Source: Dehalococcoidia bacterium
GTDB taxonomy: Bacteria; Chloroflexota; Dehalococcoidia; Lucifugimonadales; UBA3495
Assembly: GCA_003523055.1 (NCBI GenBank)
Contig: DPHC01000002.1
Coordinates: 392,933-456,932, forward strand
DNA length: 64,000 nucleotides
Direction: 5' to 3'
The notes beneath the pieces are model-generated. The model made no database searches and was not told where the DNA came from. It saw only the letters and a list, made by a program, of their open reading frames with translations. The position numbers were made by a program, and so were the translations under genes. This document shows, piece after piece, positions 29,203-37,966 of this stretch. Numbering within the stretch: the stretch's first letter is position 1; each line of letters begins with the position of its first letter.

Positions 29203-30141
29203 ATGTTCAACATTTTCAAGAAAAATAACACACCTGAGAATCCAGACAATTATAAAAATATCATAAATAAAAAACAGAATTGGTTAAGTAAATTACCAAT
29301 TATATTTTCCAAAAATAAATTGACTGAGCAAGATTGGGAAGAATTAGAAGAGATATTGATTTCTTCTGATGCCGGATATTCTATGTCCCAGAAAATCATT
29401 GATTTGATTAGGAAAGAAATCCAAACTACATCCACCAATAATGTCCCATATTTAGAAACACTTCGTGAAGTCTTAATAACCCAGTTGAAATATCCTGCTC
29501 CAGAAAATGAAACCATAATCAAAACGCCATATGTCATACTTGTAGTAGGCATCAACGGAGTCGGTAAAACAACAAGTATAGCCAAATTAGCATCTTACTT
29601 TAAACAATCAGGGAAATCAGTATTGCTTAGCGCTGGAGATACTTTCAGAGCCGCTGCAGCTGAACAATTAGAATATTGGGCTGATAAGATAGGAGTAGAC
29701 ATAGTAAAGCAACCCCAAGGGTCAGATCCTGGATCAGTTGTATTTGACTCTTACCAAGCAGCCAAAGCTAGAAATATCGACATTTTATTAATAGATACTG
29801 CAGGCAGAATGAACAATAAATCGAACTTGATGGAAGAATTAACTAAAATAAAAAGAATTCTAACAAAGAATGATTCTGATGCTCCGCATGAAGTGATTTT
29901 AATTCTAGATGCTACTACAGGCTTGAATGGATTAGAGCAAGCTAGATCCTTCAACGAAGCAGTTCAATGCACCGGAGTGTTCTTAACCAAATTAGATGGT
30001 ACTTCTAAAGGTGGGATAGTATTAGCTGTAAAAGATCAACTAAATATACCAATACTATTCATAGGCACAGGAGAAACAATGGCAGATATTGCATACTTTG
30101 AACCCGAAGAATTTGTAGATGCCATGTTGGAGATAGAATAA
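29203..30141 (+). CDS. ftsY: Signal recognition particle receptor FtsY
   Basis: 312 aa. GTPase motifs GINGVGKTT, DTAGR and TKLDGT. Confidence 0.93.
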   Translation: MFNIFKKNNTPENPDNYKNIINKKQNWLSKLPIIFSKNKLTEQDWEELEEILISSDAGYSMSQKIIDLIRKEIQTTSTNNVPYLETLREVLITQLKYPAPENETIIKTPYVILVVGINGVGKTTSIAKLASYFKQSGKSVLLSAGDTFRAAAAEQLEYWADKIGVDIVKQPQGSDPGSVVFDSYQAAKARNIDILLIDTAGRMNNKSNLMEELTKIKRILTKNDSDAPHEVILILDATTGLNGLEQARSFNEAVQCTGVFLTKLDGTSKGGIVLAVKDQLNIPILFIGTGETMADIAYFEPEEFVDAMLEIE

Positions 30142-30175
30142 AATCATGGCAAATATTACCCAATGGTAAGTTGAA

Positions 30176-32536
30176 TTGAAAGACATTATAACTTGGATTT
30201 TATTAATCCAAACTATAGGGCTTATATTTTTCCCGGTTTGCCATGCATTATTCAACAAGTTACCAGACAAAGGGTACTCAATATCAAAAATATTGTCTTT
30301 GATATTTCTAACATATCTAGCATGGTTAATTAACTCGATCCAATGGATTGGTTTTTCTCAGATATCTTTAATCTCGTTATTAATCATATTAGTCATTACT
30401 CAATTATTATTCATAAATAAATTGCATTTCAGAAAGTCTTGGGATTGGATAAAATCGAATCTATATTTTATATGTATTGTAGAGATGATATTCTCTGCAT
30501 CTTTTTTGTTATGTTGTTTTTTCATTTCTCAAAACCCAAACATCCAATTTACTGAACAGCCTATGGATTTTATGATATTAAACTCTTTACTAACTTCTCA
30601 ACACTTCCCTCCAACGGACTTATGGTTCAGTAATTCTAATCTGAACTATTATTATTTCGGCCATCTTCTAATAGCAACCATATCAAAAATAGCAACTACT
30701 CCCGCATCAATAAGCTATAATTTGGGTTTATCATTAATCTGTGGCATTGTAACTATTGGATTTTACGGATTAACTTATAATGCCTTACAACTTGCAAAAA
30801 CCAGCGTAGTGAAGTGTAGAATTTATTCCTTATTAGCACCTGTGATTTTATTGGGATTGGGAAATCAGGTAGGGCTATTAGAATTACTACGGTCTTTACA
30901 TTTATATACTCCAATTATGTACAATTGGATAGGAATACCATCGTTATCTATTATATCTAGTTCTCCCTCCAGATTATTGCCAACAATTGATGGATGGTGG
31001 TGGAATGCAACCAGAGTAATAAATACCATAGACATCAACGGTAAGAGCTTAGATTATACAATCACTGAATTTCCGTTATTTAGTCTTGTAATCCGAGATT
31101 TACACTCCCATCTATTATCTTTACCAATCATAGTAATAGGATTATTTTTGAGCTTACAAATCTTGCAGAATACTCCATTTAAAGCAAAATACTTGAATCG
31201 CTTCAATATATTGGCTTTAATACTTACCTCAATTGTTATTTCTGTATCTTTTATGACAAATCCTTGGAATTTCCCCGTTTTATTAATATCTCTATTCGGA
31301 GCATATTTTTTGTCATATTCCTTATCAAACCCAGATACAGTCCTAAGGAATATCATTTCATCCATAGTATCTATATCTATTTTAATAGTATTATCTATGA
31401 TACTAACATTACCATTTTTTCTACATTATCAAAGTAATCACAACACTATAGGGTTAGTAACAACCATCAACACTAGATATGCACATATGTTTTTAATAAA
31501 CGGTTTGTGGATTATGATTTCGTTACCATTTATCATTTTCCATATTTTTTTAATCCAAAAGCACAATATTAAAAAATTAGAAGTGCAACAATTATTTATA
31601 CTATTATTGTGTTTGATACCGTACCTAATATGGATTATAGCGATTTTGATAAGCAACGAAATTGTTAACCCTTGGACGGTAATTGTTAACAAAAGTTATT
31701 TAACATTACCTCTATCTACAATCGGTGGATTAACTTTATATATCATAGTCAAACAAACGTCCTGCCAAAGACCCAACTACTTGTTATTGTTCACATTAAG
31801 TTTATTTTTTATTTCCTATATGACACTGGCTGCAACAGAGCTATTCTACATTAAAGATATTTTTGGCAACCGAATGAATACTATGTTTAAATTTTATTAT
31901 CAAGTATGGATTTATTTAGGCATAGGCAGTAGCCTAGTAGTGTTTTCACTCCTCTTAATATTGGAAAAAACGAATATATCTAAACGAAGCATTCTGTTAG
32001 TATGTTCTTTATGTATGTTAACTCTAGGCATTATTGGACCAGCATATTACAGTCTCGCATTACTAGGAACCCATGAATTCATATCATTAAAAGATATGAA
32101 CATAGATGGAACAAGTTTTATTTCATACGAAAATCCTACTGAAATGGCAGCAATAACCTGGTTAACACAACAAAAGCCAGCAAATATAGTTGAAACCTAT
32201 GGAACTGACTATTCTAGTGCTGGAAGGATTTCATCGTTGTCTGGTAACTCTACTATTCTTGCTTGGCCTGGTCATCAAATACAATGGAGAGCAAATCAAA
32301 GCGAAATTTTAAGGCTCACAATGGAAATAAATACCATATATGAATCAACTGACTATGCACTCACTCATGCTCTTATAAAAAAGCATGCGATAAAGTATAT
32401 ATATATAGGCAATCGGGAGCTAAAATCTCATGCTTTAATAAAGTTATCAAAGTTCAATGACTTATACTCATTGGCCTATTCAAATAATGGTATATCAATC
32501 TATGATACCGAAATTTATTATGACAGTTCTCAATAA
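30176..32536 (+). CDS. DUF2298 / Chlor_Arch_YYY (TIGR03662-like) polytopic membrane protein
   Basis: 786 aa and highly hydrophobic. Carries the family-defining YYYxG motif (NLNYYYFGHLL; YYY encoded at 30647..30655). TTG start with an in-frame TAA 6 nt upstream. Confidence 0.8.
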   Translation: MKDIITWILLIQTIGLIFFPVCHALFNKLPDKGYSISKILSLIFLTYLAWLINSIQWIGFSQISLISLLIILVITQLLFINKLHFRKSWDWIKSNLYFICIVEMIFSASFLLCCFFISQNPNIQFTEQPMDFMILNSLLTSQHFPPTDLWFSNSNLNYYYFGHLLIATISKIATTPASISYNLGLSLICGIVTIGFYGLTYNALQLAKTSVVKCRIYSLLAPVILLGLGNQVGLLELLRSLHLYTPIMYNWIGIPSLSIISSSPSRLLPTIDGWWWNATRVINTIDINGKSLDYTITEFPLFSLVIRDLHSHLLSLPIIVIGLFLSLQILQNTPFKAKYLNRFNILALILTSIVISVSFMTNPWNFPVLLISLFGAYFLSYSLSNPDTVLRNIISSIVSISILIVLSMILTLPFFLHYQSNHNTIGLVTTINTRYAHMFLINGLWIMISLPFIIFHIFLIQKHNIKKLEVQQLFILLLCLIPYLIWIIAILISNEIVNPWTVIVNKSYLTLPLSTIGGLTLYIIVKQTSCQRPNYLLLFTLSLFFISYMTLAATELFYIKDIFGNRMNTMFKFYYQVWIYLGIGSSLVVFSLLLILEKTNISKRSILLVCSLCMLTLGIIGPAYYSLALLGTHEFISLKDMNIDGTSFISYENPTEMAAITWLTQQKPANIVETYGTDYSSAGRISSLSGNSTILAWPGHQIQWRANQSEILRLTMEINTIYESTDYALTHALIKKHAIKYIYIGNRELKSHALIKLSKFNDLYSLAYSNNGISIYDTEIYYDSSQ

Positions 32537-35030
32537 TATACAAAACAAAAAAAACCTTTGTTACAACACTCTATTTACTGGGGTAATTTTAACTAGCCTT
32601 TTAACTAAGTTATTTGGATTAGATCTACGAACTATCCATTACGATGAAGCGATCCATTTGATGGCATCATGGAAATTATTCCATGATGGTTTTTTTGAAT
32701 CGTCTGCGTGGATGCATGGTCCATTGCAAATTGAGTTGGTATCACTATTATTCCAGTTCGTTGGAGACACTCTATATAGCGGACGATTGATTTATGCCAT
32801 ATTCGGCTGTGGGTTATGCATACTACCATTATTGTTAGTACCACACATTAACAAGATATCTGCTTTAATAATGAGTGTATTATTAACAGTTTCTCCTTCC
32901 ATGTTATATATGAGTAGATTTGCCAGAAACGATATCATTGTCATGTTCCTGTCGATGTTATTGTTTATTACTCTGTGGAAATATATATTAACTCGAAAAG
33001 AGAGATGGCTAGTCTGCATTGTTGCGATCTTAGCGTTAATATTTTCGACTAAAGAAACAAGTTATTTTTTATTCACTGCCGTAATATTTGGGCTAGTAAT
33101 AGGGTTAATATACTTCTATATCATCACCCGAAGAACTCCTAACTATACCAATGCAACAACAATAAACACTTTATACAAATTATTATTAATGCTAATCACA
33201 TTAACCATACCAATGTTCGGTGCCATAACAGGTATATTCCAACATATGTTTAGAATAGTGATAGTGGCCCCCGAGAATACACCTAATGCCTTAACTGGCT
33301 CCTTAACAAGTGGGCCGCCCTGGATTGACTTCTCATTAATAACTACGAGCCCTCTGGCTTTAATTTCAATCCCAATAATTTTAAGTGCCTTAATCATAGT
33401 TCTACTGGTAGCCAGACCTGCTCAAAATATCATAAAAATTGCATTAGTGGCGTCTTTAGGTTTGACTGTGTTCTATGCCTATTTCAAAGCGATCGGCATG
33501 GTATCTACTGAAACTTGGTATTTACCTATCACATTAAGTTTATTATCTATTTCTTTATCAATCGTATATGTTTCTAGAAGCAACGACAAAGTCTTTAAGA
33601 CAATTCTTTTAAGTAGCGCTTCGCTAATTTTCATTCATGCATTAGTGTTAACGTCCGGGCTCCCAATTTTGCAAACAATAATTGAGATATTATTGCCAGG
33701 CCAACATATTTTTGATCAATATATTTCGTTTAATTCCTTGGTAACTACATGCATAATATTTTTAGCATTCGTATTATCAATAGCTGCAGGTATTTTAAAT
33801 TTTTCTTGGAAATGGATTGTATTTATGTGTATGTTTTATGGCATTATAGCCTTAACATACACAACCTACTTCGCTAATTCACAAGGTTTTTATACAGGAA
33901 TTTGGCAAAGCCTAGGTTACTGGATGAGCCAACAAGAAGTGGCTAGGGGAAACCAACCTTGGTATTACTATATAGTTGGGTTATCCATTTACGAATTCCT
34001 ACCACTAGTATTAGGAGCTATAAGCATAACCTGGGCGATAAAAACTCGAAACGCTTTGGCATTATCCAGTGGCTTTTGGGCTGCTGGGTCTCTAATATTT
34101 TTTACTATCGCATCTGAAAAAATGCCTTGGTTACTAATATACATTGCTCTGCCTTTAATTATCGTATCATCAATATATCTAGGAAGCATAATAGAAGAGT
34201 ATCAACGAAAATCCAAGTCACCAAGTGAAGAATTTCTTTTATGTGCCTGTGTGACCGGCATAATCATATTGATTTTAGCTATGATATATTTATCATTAAG
34301 TTTGCTCATTCTATCTTTAATAGGATTAATAATCGTATGTCTTCTAGTAGCATCTGCTATATTGATCAAATATATCATCCCACATAATTCAAAGGTTATT
34401 TCATTAGTCCCTATAGTGCTGATACTTTTAACCCTTACTGGTATAAATTCGTACCACCTCAATTACAAATACGGAGATGAGCATAAACAATTTATGGTTT
34501 ATGCACAGGGTAGCCATGAAATTGGAACTCACTTACCTACATTAACGGCTATGCTTGATAGTCATATAGAACCTTCAACTATCCTAATGATTGATTATGA
34601 TATCTGGTATCCATTACATTGGTATTTTCGCGATAACGAAAACTCCTCTTCTATTACTTTTAACTGCTTTAAATCTAAAGGAGAACCAGGATGGAATGAA
34701 CAGTGCATCGATTTAAATGAGGGATCATACAGTTCCCATTACCTATTAAGTGAAGACCATCACAATATATACTCTGCTCAGTTAAAAACTTCTTACACTG
34801 TAACTAAAATAGAAAATATTATCTGGTTCCCAGAAGTTTACAGAAGAACTGGAGAGAATAGGGCAAAAGAAAAGCTCTCAGACGAAATAATCAATGATTT
34901 TAATTACTTCAAAACAAATATATTCAATATCACGTTTTGGAGCAACCTCAAAAGGTACCAGTTTAACAAGCAATTAGACTCTGAATGGTTCCAATCACAT
35001 TACTACCATTATGAACGAATATTGCCATAG
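32520..35030 (+). CDS. TIGR03663-like membrane protein (N-terminal PMT/GT39-like region)
   Basis: Polytopic protein. The N-terminal region has the DE dipeptide (IHYDEAIH) and HGP tripeptide (WMHGPLQ) described as invariant for TIGR03663. The ORF track starts at 32457; the ATG at 32520 (MTVLNNIQNKK) reduces the overlap with the upstream gene to 17 nt and is preferred. Confidence 0.75.
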   Translation: MTVLNNIQNKKNLCYNTLFTGVILTSLLTKLFGLDLRTIHYDEAIHLMASWKLFHDGFFESSAWMHGPLQIELVSLLFQFVGDTLYSGRLIYAIFGCGLCILPLLLVPHINKISALIMSVLLTVSPSMLYMSRFARNDIIVMFLSMLLFITLWKYILTRKERWLVCIVAILALIFSTKETSYFLFTAVIFGLVIGLIYFYIITRRTPNYTNATTINTLYKLLLMLITLTIPMFGAITGIFQHMFRIVIVAPENTPNALTGSLTSGPPWIDFSLITTSPLALISIPIILSALIIVLLVARPAQNIIKIALVASLGLTVFYAYFKAIGMVSTETWYLPITLSLLSISLSIVYVSRSNDKVFKTILLSSASLIFIHALVLTSGLPILQTIIEILLPGQHIFDQYISFNSLVTTCIIFLAFVLSIAAGILNFSWKWIVFMCMFYGIIALTYTTYFANSQGFYTGIWQSLGYWMSQQEVARGNQPWYYYIVGLSIYEFLPLVLGAISITWAIKTRNALALSSGFWAAGSLIFFTIASEKMPWLLIYIALPLIIVSSIYLGSIIEEYQRKSKSPSEEFLLCACVTGIIILILAMIYLSLSLLILSLIGLIIVCLLVASAILIKYIIPHNSKVISLVPIVLILLTLTGINSYHLNYKYGDEHKQFMVYAQGSHEIGTHLPTLTAMLDSHIEPSTILMIDYDIWYPLHWYFRDNENSSSITFNCFKSKGEPGWNEQCIDLNEGSYSSHYLLSEDHHNIYSAQLKTSYTVTKIENIIWFPEVYRRTGENRAKEKLSDEIINDFNYFKTNIFNITFWSNLKRYQFNKQLDSEWFQSHYYHYERILP

Positions 35031-35101
35031 TGGTCGATTGAAGGTTTTCAAACGTGAACTACGAGTGTAAAATGATATTATACAATTCTGAGGATTAAAT
35101 T

Positions 35102-35278
35102 ATGGGTAACAAATCAAAAAAAGAAACACGTCGTAACTTCCTTTCAATTTTAGGAATAGGATCTGCTAGTTTAGTAATTGGGGCTAACCCGTTACTGTCA
35201 TGGTTCCGAAAAGAAAGTTCATCTAATTTTACTGATGCAGCAGATTCAATTTTTAAACCTCGCAACCTAAAAAGCTAA
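35102..35278 (+). CDS. 58-aa micro-ORF with a twin-arginine (Tat) signal peptide
   Basis: Manual translation gives MGNKSKKETRRNFLSILGIGSASLVIGANPLLSWFRKESSSNFTDAADSIFKPRNLKS then TAA. TRRNFLS matches the S/T-R-R-x-F-L-K consensus and is followed by a hydrophobic h-region. GAGGA lies 7 nt upstream of the ATG. Its stop abuts the convergent mutL stop. Confidence 0.45.
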   Translation: MGNKSKKETRRNFLSILGIGSASLVIGANPLLSWFRKESSSNFTDAADSIFKPRNLKS

Positions 35279-36985
35279 TCACATAACTCTTCCAAAGGAT
35301 CTGTCCAAAAAATAGTTTTTTAATTCCAGCACAGTCGGCCTACCGTGCGGGCAAGTTCTTGGATTGTCTGTACTTTTTAGCTGTTCAACTAATTCTTCCA
35401 TTTCTCTTAAACTTAGCTTTTGCCCTGCTCTAATTGAACTGTGGCAAGCGATAGTAGCGAGTATTTGATATTGAGGAATACGACCAGAAGGGTTCATCAG
35501 CTGTTCAAGTAAATCAGATATAAAATTTTCACTACTGTCCAATGAAATACCTACAGGAATAGATCTAACTAAAATAGAATTGCCACCGAAATCCTCTACA
35601 ACCATACCTTTGTTTTTTAAATATAGCTTATTAATTGCAAAAAATCCATTTTGAGCATCATTCAAAGGAAGATGTATTGGTTCCAATAGCATTTGAGAAT
35701 TATTTGCTCCAGTAATGGAATTAGAGTTCAATTGATCGAATTTAACCCTTTCATGGGCTGCATGTTGATCGATCAAGTAAATACCTTGGCTGCATTCGGC
35801 AAGGATATAAGTGGTACGGCCTTGCCCTATTACGTGTAGATGGTCTAAAATCTCCCTGAATTGACCATCATTAGGTATAGGGTTATTCTGAGCTGTTATG
35901 TCTCTTAAACCGGAATCCATGTTCAGTTGGCTATATGATTCGTTATTAATGTGTAATGTATTATTCATTCCTTGACTGGATATGGGTGCAACAGATGATA
36001 ATGCAGATATACTACCTCTAACGGCTCGTTGCAATGTAGAGAATATTTTAGACTCATACAAAAATCGAACTTCAGTCTTGGCAGGATGTGCATTCACGTC
36101 TACATCAGAATGTGGAACTATAATATTAATAACCCCAACAGGAAATCTCCGTTCTGGCATTAGTCCATGGTATGCTTCTGTAAAAGCTCTAGCCAATATT
36201 GGATTCTGTATTAACCGGTTATTAACGAAAAATATCATTGACTGACGATTAGAACGATGTAAATGAACTGGAGAAATATATCCTTCAACTACATAATCCT
36301 CCCTACTATAATCCAACAACAGCATTTGGCTAGATATTTCTTTACCCAAGCATGTTATAAGCGTTTCTTGCAAATTATTATTACCCGGACTATTAAATAT
36401 TTGTTTACCATTAATTATCAAAATTAATTTTATCTGCGGATAAGCACAAGCATAGCGTACTATCAAATTCTTGATTTGTAAGTGTTCACTTCTTAAAGAT
36501 TTTTGAAATTTTAGCCTAGCAGGTACATTTTTAAATAATTTTGTAACAATTATCTGAGTTCCTATTTGACAAGGAGTGATTTTAAGGTCTGAAATAACAC
36601 CAAAGTCATTATCAACTAAGTATCCGAATTCTTCATCCTTAACTCTACTAATTAACGAAACATGAGAAATCGATGCTATACTTGGTAGAGCTTCACCTCT
36701 GAACCCTAATGTTGCTATTGAATGCAAATCGGACTCTACAGAAATTTTGCTAGTTGCGTGATGTTCAAACGCTAGAGTCAAATATTTACGTTCGATGCCA
36801 ATGCCATTATCACTAACTTTTATAAAATTTTTCTCTCCATCTTGTATTTCAATAGTAATATGCAAAGAATCAGCATCAATAGAATTTTCAAGCAATTCTT
36901 TTATAACTGATGCAGGGCGTTCTATAACTTCTCCAGCTGCAATTTGTGTTATTAATAAAGGACTTAATTTTTTGATTTCTGACAT
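35279..36985 (-). CDS. mutL: DNA mismatch repair protein MutL
   Basis: 568 aa. GHKL ATPase motifs ELLENSIDA, DNGIGI and GFRGEAL; C-terminal CPHGRP. Confidence 0.93.
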   Translation of the reverse strand: MSEIKKLSPLLITQIAAGEVIERPASVIKELLENSIDADSLHITIEIQDGEKNFIKVSDNGIGIERKYLTLAFEHHATSKISVESDLHSIATLGFRGEALPSIASISHVSLISRVKDEEFGYLVDNDFGVISDLKITPCQIGTQIIVTKLFKNVPARLKFQKSLRSEHLQIKNLIVRYACAYPQIKLILIINGKQIFNSPGNNNLQETLITCLGKEISSQMLLLDYSREDYVVEGYISPVHLHRSNRQSMIFFVNNRLIQNPILARAFTEAYHGLMPERRFPVGVINIIVPHSDVDVNAHPAKTEVRFLYESKIFSTLQRAVRGSISALSSVAPISSQGMNNTLHINNESYSQLNMDSGLRDITAQNNPIPNDGQFREILDHLHVIGQGRTTYILAECSQGIYLIDQHAAHERVKFDQLNSNSITGANNSQMLLEPIHLPLNDAQNGFFAINKLYLKNKGMVVEDFGGNSILVRSIPVGISLDSSENFISDLLEQLMNPSGRIPQYQILATIACHSSIRAGQKLSLREMEELVEQLKSTDNPRTCPHGRPTVLELKNYFLDRSFGRVM

Positions 36986-36987
36986 GA

Positions 36988-37425
36988 CTAAAATAACGGC
37001 AATATGGTGCCCTTCGGTTTATAATGCTTATTGGTTGAAGTTCTTGTTTCAACAATATCACATATAACTTCATAAACATCATTCATAGCATTATCTTTAT
37101 TACGTTCGAAAAAGAAAGGTTGTACCCATAATCCTCCAAAATATGCTACCACTTCAGGATAATCATCTATAACAAAGTCAGGTATGATTGGAATAGCTAG
37201 ATCTTTAAATTTTTGCTCAAAATTATCCTTAGGTTTCTCATAAACATCAGTGACATATTTTTCAAGTTGATGTTCTTCAATTACTTCCCACCGTTTTCCC
37301 ATTCCTGACCATATATATATGTTATGACCGTCGTCTATTATTTTTTGAAAAACTTCTTTCGTCATATATCTAAGAGAGTTATCTAAGCCCAAAATAGTGT
37401 AATCTACATCAAAAAATACATTCAT
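36988..37425 (-). CDS. Small HAD-superfamily-like phosphatase
   Basis: 145 aa. N-terminal FFDVDYTI (DxDxT motif I). Ends 2 nt before the mutL start. Confidence 0.55.
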   Translation of the reverse strand: MNVFFDVDYTILGLDNSLRYMTKEVFQKIIDDGHNIYIWSGMGKRWEVIEEHQLEKYVTDVYEKPKDNFEQKFKDLAIPIIPDFVIDDYPEVVAYFGGLWVQPFFFERNKDNAMNDVYEVICDIVETRTSTNKHYKPKGTILPLF

Positions 37426-37620
37426 GTTTTAATCAATCAACCTTTTATAATTATTTCTTTTAATAACCAGATTCGGCCATTTAAGTTTATCGGATATTGG
37501 TTCACGTAATTCTTAAGTAATTTAACGTCCCTATACTAGGTCCGTAAGTTTTAACAATCAGTATAGCAAAAAGCCAGTTACTTAACACATATGAAGTGTT
37601 ATGTTAAGGAGTAGGTAAAA

Positions 37621-37797
37621 ATGTCAAATAGGTCAACTCATGAAGAACCAATGCCTATATACAAAATTTATTGTAAGCTAGGAGAATTACCTCAGTTAAC
37701 CAATGAACTTGTTGCCTCTTACCAACTTCTTAGTGAGTCTGGATTAATTGAAAAAAACAAGCCTTTTGTAATAGATGCTCTGACCAATGATAATTAA
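37621..37797 (+). CDS. Hypothetical 58-aa protein
   Basis: Manual translation gives MSNRSTHEEPMPIYKIYCKLGELPQLTNELVASYQLLSESGLIEKNKPFVIDALTNDN then TAA. AAGGAG lies 9 nt upstream of the ATG. No recognisable family. Confidence 0.3.
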   Translation: MSNRSTHEEPMPIYKIYCKLGELPQLTNELVASYQLLSESGLIEKNKPFVIDALTNDN

Positions 37798-37966
37798 ATT
37801 ATTCAACATAGAGCAATTAAAGTGGGAATATTTCCTATCAGGAGGAGAAGATCGGCAAAAACGGAGTCTCCCAAGATCGATTTCTATTATAGATATAAGT
37901 AAATGGAAAGAAATGACTCCATCTAACAATGTCAAATTCAATTTTTCAACAAATTGATCTATTCTA

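Noticed and set aside
30146-30169. Mini-ORF MANITQW-stop directly upstream of, and in frame with, the YYY gene start (a possible leader peptide)
   Set aside because: It has seven codons and no SD of its own, and nothing suggests attenuation. It was used only to fix the YYY gene start at the TTG at 30176.
37744-37941. 65-aa minus-strand ORF in the mutS to mutL gap
   Set aside because: It has a TTG start and no SD, overlaps the better-supported plus-strand micro-ORF, and has a non-descript composition. It is not called.
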